NCBI GenBank assembly: GCA_963799845.1
Contig: CAWCYI010000006.1
Span: forward strand, 192,001-256,000
Direction of reading: 5' to 3'
DNA length: 64,000 bases
DNA from: an uncultured Nitrososphaerota archaeon
GTDB taxonomy: Archaea; Thermoproteota; Nitrososphaeria; Nitrososphaerales; CADDZS01
Shown: piece by piece, positions 59,608-64,000 of the stretch
How the letters are laid out: each line of letters starts with the position of its first letter
Position numbering within the stretch: the first letter of the stretch is position 1
Made by a program: the position numbers and the translations under genes
The notes under the pieces: generated by a model
The model's database searches: none
Told to the model about the DNA's origin: nothing
The model's input: the letters and a program-made list of their open reading frames with translations, nothing else

Positions 59608-61014
59608 CTACTGGACTAAAGCCAATCCGATATCGTCAACGTTGGTCCCGGTCGGACCGGTAATGAGCAAGCTCTTCGCCACTTTCCTGAAAAAGGAATT
59701 TGAATCGTTGTCCCTCAAATAGTCATCAGCATTCAGTTTTTTCCTTTTAGCGATCAGGTCTACTTCCGAATCTACTATCGCGCCCGCAGCGTCAGAAAAG
59801 CCGTCCTTTCCATCAGTTCCCATGAACGCGACGGTTACACCTTCAACAGATCCTATCTTTCGGAGAGCGCTCAACGCTTCCTCTTGATTTCTCCCTCCTT
59901 TTCCCATTCCTCGAACAGTTACAGTAGTCTCTCCGCCCCAGATGAATGCGCTCGGTTTCCCAAATCCATGGACTTCATAAGTCCCTTTCCTAACCATCAG
60001 GAAGAACGAGACTAGATTGGTTGCCAAATCTTTTGACTCTCCTTGCATGTCCGAGCCGAGATAATACGGGCTGAAATTTCCGTTTTTTTCGATGACATCA
60101 ATCGCAGCCTTGCAAGCGACTGAATTGTCGCCCAAAATGGAATTGGTTACCCTTCTAAAAATTGGATCTCGAGATTTGGGAGTCTCCGGAATCTTGCCTT
60201 GTGCTCCATCTCTCAACCTGCGCAGAACACGAGCAGGAACTAGATTCGTCAAATCATATTCCTTCAAGATAGAAAGAGCTTCTTTGAAGGTGGTGGAGTC
60301 GGGCGCAGTCGGGCCCGAAGCAATCGATCCGACGGGATTTCCCACGATATCCGAAATAATCAAAGAGAGAATTTTCGCACCATTCGCATTTTTGGCGAGC
60401 TGGCCACCTTTGATCAAAGACAAGTGCTTGCGGACACAATTCATTTTCTCAATGCTTGCACCGCTTTTCAGCAAAAGGCTGGTCGTCTTGATCTTGTCAT
60501 CGAGAGTTATCCCCCTTGCCGGTATCGCCATCAAGGAGGAACCTCCTCCGGATATCAGGCACAAGACAAGCGAATCTTTGGTGGCCTGACTGACAGCCTG
60601 CATTATTTTGGTTGTAGCCTTTACGCTTTTTTCACTCGGGATCGGATGGCTCGATTCGAGTAAAGTTATTTTTCGAGTATGAAAATCGTGAGAAGTCCCT
60701 TCCAAGATACTAACTACCCCAGAGTACTCAATTTCTTTAGGGAGCTGCCGTTCAAGCTCCTCTGCCATTGCTCCACTTGCCTTACCACCTCCAACCACGA
60801 TCAGTTTATCGAATTCTCTGAGATCCCAGTCCAGTTCTTCTCCAAGTATTGTAAGAATGTGCGTTGCTTTGACAGAAAGCTTGTTCTTCATCAAGTTCTG
60901 GGGCAGGACGGCTTCGACGGCAGCGTTAAGACTGTCGAGTATCAGCCGTTTGCGTCCGGCAGGATCTATTTTGACTATATCAGAATAATCTTCGAACCTA
61001 TCGCGAGCTATCAC
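59608..61014 (-). CDS. gck: Glycerate 2-kinase (MOFRL family)
   Basis: GGGKA..MA, HP.P, ISGGGS, KGGQLA, GGETTV, GGRNQE, GPTGTNVDD. Confidence 0.92.
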   Translation of the reverse strand: MIARDRFEDYSDIVKIDPAGRKRLILDSLNAAVEAVLPQNLMKNKLSVKATHILTILGEELDWDLREFDKLIVVGGGKASGAMAEELERQLPKEIEYSGVVSILEGTSHDFHTRKITLLESSHPIPSEKSVKATTKIMQAVSQATKDSLVLCLISGGGSSLMAIPARGITLDDKIKTTSLLLKSGASIEKMNCVRKHLSLIKGGQLAKNANGAKILSLIISDIVGNPVGSIASGPTAPDSTTFKEALSILKEYDLTNLVPARVLRRLRDGAQGKIPETPKSRDPIFRRVTNSILGDNSVACKAAIDVIEKNGNFSPYYLGSDMQGESKDLATNLVSFFLMVRKGTYEVHGFGKPSAFIWGGETTVTVRGMGKGGRNQEEALSALRKIGSVEGVTVAFMGTDGKDGFSDAAGAIVDSEVDLIAKRKKLNADDYLRDNDSNSFFRKVAKSLLITGPTGTNVDDIGLALVQ

Positions 61015-61046
61015 GTCAAGTCACTTTTCGAACCAAAAATATTTGC

Positions 61047-61820
61047 CTAAAGCATAACCGTTCCACCGTCAACAACAATCGTTTGTCCGGTTACGAAGCT
61101 CATATTGTCAGAAGCAAGAACGACGCAAACATTCGCAACCTCGCTCGGGTCCCCCCAGCGCTTCATCGGCGACTCTTGAGCCAAGATCTTCTGCTCTTGT
61201 GCCGAAAGGTTGTCGAACGTCGCGCTCGTCTTTATGTTTCCGGGAGCTATTGCGTACGACCTCACATTGTCCCCTCCGTACTCAGCCGCAATTTCCTTGA
61301 CTAGCCCCCTCACGGCAGATTTTGCCACTGTGTATACCCCTCCCTTGTTGTATCCGGAAATCGCGGGCGTCGATGAAAAGAGTATGATGACCCCATGCTT
61401 CTGTTGAACCATTAGCGGGAGCACGCCTTTCGCAAACCTAAATGAACCAAGAAGGTCGACGTTAAGGACTTCCTCAAAATCAGTATCATTCAGCTCGTGA
61501 AGCGGCTTATTCCAGAGCTCGTCCTGAAACGGATAGCCCGCCGCGCAAACGAGGACATCGACCCCACCCAAGAGCCTTATTGCGTCACTCGCTATCGAAG
61601 TACTTTTCGGGTCGGAGACATCACCTTGCAAAGTTACAATTCTTGATTCCCATTTGGATCTGATTTCTGTAGCGAGCTCGTCCAAGTCGCTCTTAGTGCG
61701 CGACACAACGCAGAGTTCAGCTCCATTTTCAGCGTATGCTAGAGAGATCGAACGGCCCATTCCTTTACCTGCTCCAGTAATGAGGGCTTTCTTTCCTTTC
61801 AGTAAGGTCTCCTTTTCCAA
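61047..61820 (-). CDS. Short-chain dehydrogenase/reductase
   Basis: TGAGKGMG, Y..AK, APG, TGQTIVVDGG. Confidence 0.92.
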   Translation of the reverse strand: MEKETLLKGKKALITGAGKGMGRSISLAYAENGAELCVVSRTKSDLDELATEIRSKWESRIVTLQGDVSDPKSTSIASDAIRLLGGVDVLVCAAGYPFQDELWNKPLHELNDTDFEEVLNVDLLGSFRFAKGVLPLMVQQKHGVIILFSSTPAISGYNKGGVYTVAKSAVRGLVKEIAAEYGGDNVRSYAIAPGNIKTSATFDNLSAQEQKILAQESPMKRWGDPSEVANVCVVLASDNMSFVTGQTIVVDGGTVML

Positions 61821-61954
61821 ATTAGTCTACGGAAAGTTTCTGGCGACGCTATATAATTGGGTTGATCCTGATCAATTATCGCATACTTTGATCAGGGTAC
61901 TATTGGGAATTGTCAAACCTAATAACTGATATCAATAGTGCTTGAGCCCGAATT

Positions 61955-62597
61955 ATGAAACCAAGAAGCATCGTAATGCTGTCTGGTGGACTAGATTCCG
62001 CAGTAGCACTCTTCTGGTCGATAAATAAAGGTCATGAAGTAGAGACTCTCACCTTTGACTATTTTCGTAGGAGTCAACGAGAAATACAGGCCTGCATAGC
62101 CCTCTCCGATTTCGTAAATTGCTCAAACCGAAGGATCGATCTTGAATTTCTGAAGGAAATTGACGATAACAAGAAGGAGACCCGGAATAGTAAGCTGTCG
62201 AAGGCGCAAAGTGCATATGTTCCTTGCAGAAATGTAATCTATTATGGTATCGCGGCTTCGTTCGCCGAGATTTCGAATGCTCGGTATATCGTAGGCGGTC
62301 ACAATAAGAACGACTCGGAGAACTTTCCCGACTCCTCGCCGAAGTTCTTTGATTCGTTTAACAGGACTATAACAATCGGGAGGTTCACCGGCGATCTAAC
62401 TGGGAAAGTAATCCTGCCGTTCGCGAAGCTTGACAAGAGTGAAGTGATCAAGCTGAGGATCGCGTTTGAACGTACCGTTTGAATTGACATGGAGCTGCTA
62501 CACCTCGGACAAGACGCCCTGTAATAAGTGCCTCTCTTGTAGGTTAAGGGCCGAAGCATTTGAAAAGGCGGAGCTGCCAGACCCGCTTCTCCGTTAA
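61955..62597 (+). pseudogene. queC: 7-cyano-7-deazaguanine synthase, +1 frameshift at ~62456 (probably a sequencing error)
   Basis: LSGGLDS, YVP.RN, FPD; shifted frame GSRLNVPFELTWSCY...PCNKCLSC.LR..AF...DP. Confidence 0.88.
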
Positions 62598-63226
62598 GGG
62601 GAGCTCATGAATTTTATGAACTCTTCCCTAGTCATCTTTTGCAGGGTGTAATTTTTTTCGAATTGTTCTCCCAGGGTCGAGCTTGGCTTGTCACCATAGT
62701 CGTGTCCCGGATAAACTACCAGGGATCGGTTCAAAGAGCGCAGTTTTTCGAAACTGTCGAAAAGCAGATTTGCATCTCCGCCGGGTAGATCTACCCTTCC
62801 ACACTCACCGATAAACAGAGTGTCACCTGTGATGAGCCCAAAGTCGTTTACCTGGATGCACATACTTTCGGGAGAATGTCCGGGCGTGTGGATGAATTTG
62901 AGTGTAATTTTATCTCCAATCGGAAGCTTGAAGTCATCACTAATGGCTATGTCCTTCATTGCTAGAGATGATTCGTGCATAATCACTTTAGCGCCGGTAC
63001 GTTCCTTCATTTCGGGGTTCCCTTGAATATGGTCGAAGTGCGCATGGGTATTGATAATGTACTCAAGTTGAAGATTCTTATTGCGCAACCTCGAGCATAA
63101 TGATTCGATTTCCCACGCAGGATCAAAAATGACGGCTCGTGAAGTAGTTTTGTCCGCCAAGAGATAAGAAAAATTCCTGTAAGAACCTACGGGTATCTGT
63201 TCGAAAAGAATTTTGGATTCGTTCAT
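62594..63226 (-). CDS. Metallo-beta-lactamase fold hydrolase (glyoxalase II/ETHE1-like)
   Basis: THAHFDH, TPGH, TGDTLF, PGHDY. Confidence 0.9.
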   Translation of the reverse strand: MNESKILFEQIPVGSYRNFSYLLADKTTSRAVIFDPAWEIESLCSRLRNKNLQLEYIINTHAHFDHIQGNPEMKERTGAKVIMHESSLAMKDIAISDDFKLPIGDKITLKFIHTPGHSPESMCIQVNDFGLITGDTLFIGECGRVDLPGGDANLLFDSFEKLRSLNRSLVVYPGHDYGDKPSSTLGEQFEKNYTLQKMTREEFIKFMSSP

Positions 63227-63942
63227 TCGGGTATCCCAATATTTGCTATGAGGATTCTTCCACAGCTTTGTGTTGCTCTCTCGTCCTTGAACATTCCTAC
63301 TTTGGGGGCATGCATCGTAATAGTGTAGTCGGATTGAACGACCGTACTTGCGAATCCCGAATCCGCCTCTAGCCCTGAAGGAATGTCGACGCTGATTTTG
63401 ATCGCTCCACCCTTCTTGTTGATCAGTTCTATTACTTGCCTTTGGAGTCCACGGGCCTCGCCTCTAAAACCCGTTCCGAAAATCCCTATGACGACGATGT
63501 GGGCTTGATTTAAAATATCGCTGAATATTGTTAGCATCGCCTCCGAATCAATCACTAATACTTCGACGGAACGTGATTTCTTGAGTATATTGAAATTAGA
63601 TTTCGTTGATTCACCTTTGAAATCAACTTCTGAGCCAATCAGGGCCACGGAAACTTGGAAGGAATCATCCCAATAAGCCAAATGCCGAGCCACAACAAAT
63701 GCGTCGCCTCCATTGTTGCCTGTTCCGCCGACAAGAAATACCCTGGTTCTGGTCGTTCTAACGGGATTGAATTGAGCAGAATTCTGAAAAATGAAATCGG
63801 CAACACTGCTTCCCGCATTTTCCATCATCAAATTCTTGGAAATGCCTAATCGTTCTCCATCGTCTTCTATTTCTTTCATTTTTGCGGTTGGAACGGCAAT
63901 TCTGTCGCTTGCCTCCAACAGTCCGCTCGTCGAAATTTCCAA
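63223..63942 (-). CDS. nnrE: NAD(P)H-hydrate epimerase (YjeF N-terminal domain)
   Basis: LMMENAG, GNNGGD, FGTG, VDIPSG. Confidence 0.9.
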   Translation of the reverse strand: MEISTSGLLEASDRIAVPTAKMKEIEDDGERLGISKNLMMENAGSSVADFIFQNSAQFNPVRTTRTRVFLVGGTGNNGGDAFVVARHLAYWDDSFQVSVALIGSEVDFKGESTKSNFNILKKSRSVEVLVIDSEAMLTIFSDILNQAHIVVIGIFGTGFRGEARGLQRQVIELINKKGGAIKISVDIPSGLEADSGFASTVVQSDYTITMHAPKVGMFKDERATQSCGRILIANIGIPE

Positions 63943-64000
63943 CTTGAGTTTCTCAATTTGAAAGAGACATCAAAACTGATTTAATCATCTCGGTTAGAAA

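Noticed and set aside
9040-62597. Genuine pseudogenisation or genome decay
   Set aside because: Each affected gene has a single 1-nt lesion with intact motifs on both sides, and several are normally essential.

Overview
Archaeal chromosomal segment, probably from a Nitrososphaerota (Thaumarchaeota)-like lineage. That placement is inferred from the gene set, BHB-type tRNA introns and an SRP-RNA-like tail. The window is mostly housekeeping: acyl-CoA/acetate metabolism, fhs, Lhr, GPN GTPase, an adjacent proteasome beta/alpha pair, AglH, SSB, SOD, a SAM synthetase/MetE-like/MetF cluster, trpS-pheS-pheT, 5S rRNA, map/coaD, a purine cluster, a sugar-acid module and queC. It also holds two IS481 elements and one IS66 element. 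The most notable observations are: (1) downstream of pheT, a minus-strand ncRNA locus with what appears to be only the 3' half of an SRP RNA, starting at the helix-8 GGAA loop, followed by an H/ACA guide complementary to 23S helix 69; (2) a tRNA-Trp with three introns, one encoding a C/D guide for its own C34/C39; (3) six frameshifted housekeeping genes whose breaks all sit at an AGCT tetramer, probably a methylation-induced basecalling artefact, with recoding as the alternative; (4) a propeptide-less beta plus gate-degenerate alpha proteasome pair between two IS481 elements; (5) a MetE-like::DUF4346 fusion. All family assignments come from motif recognition, not database searches.
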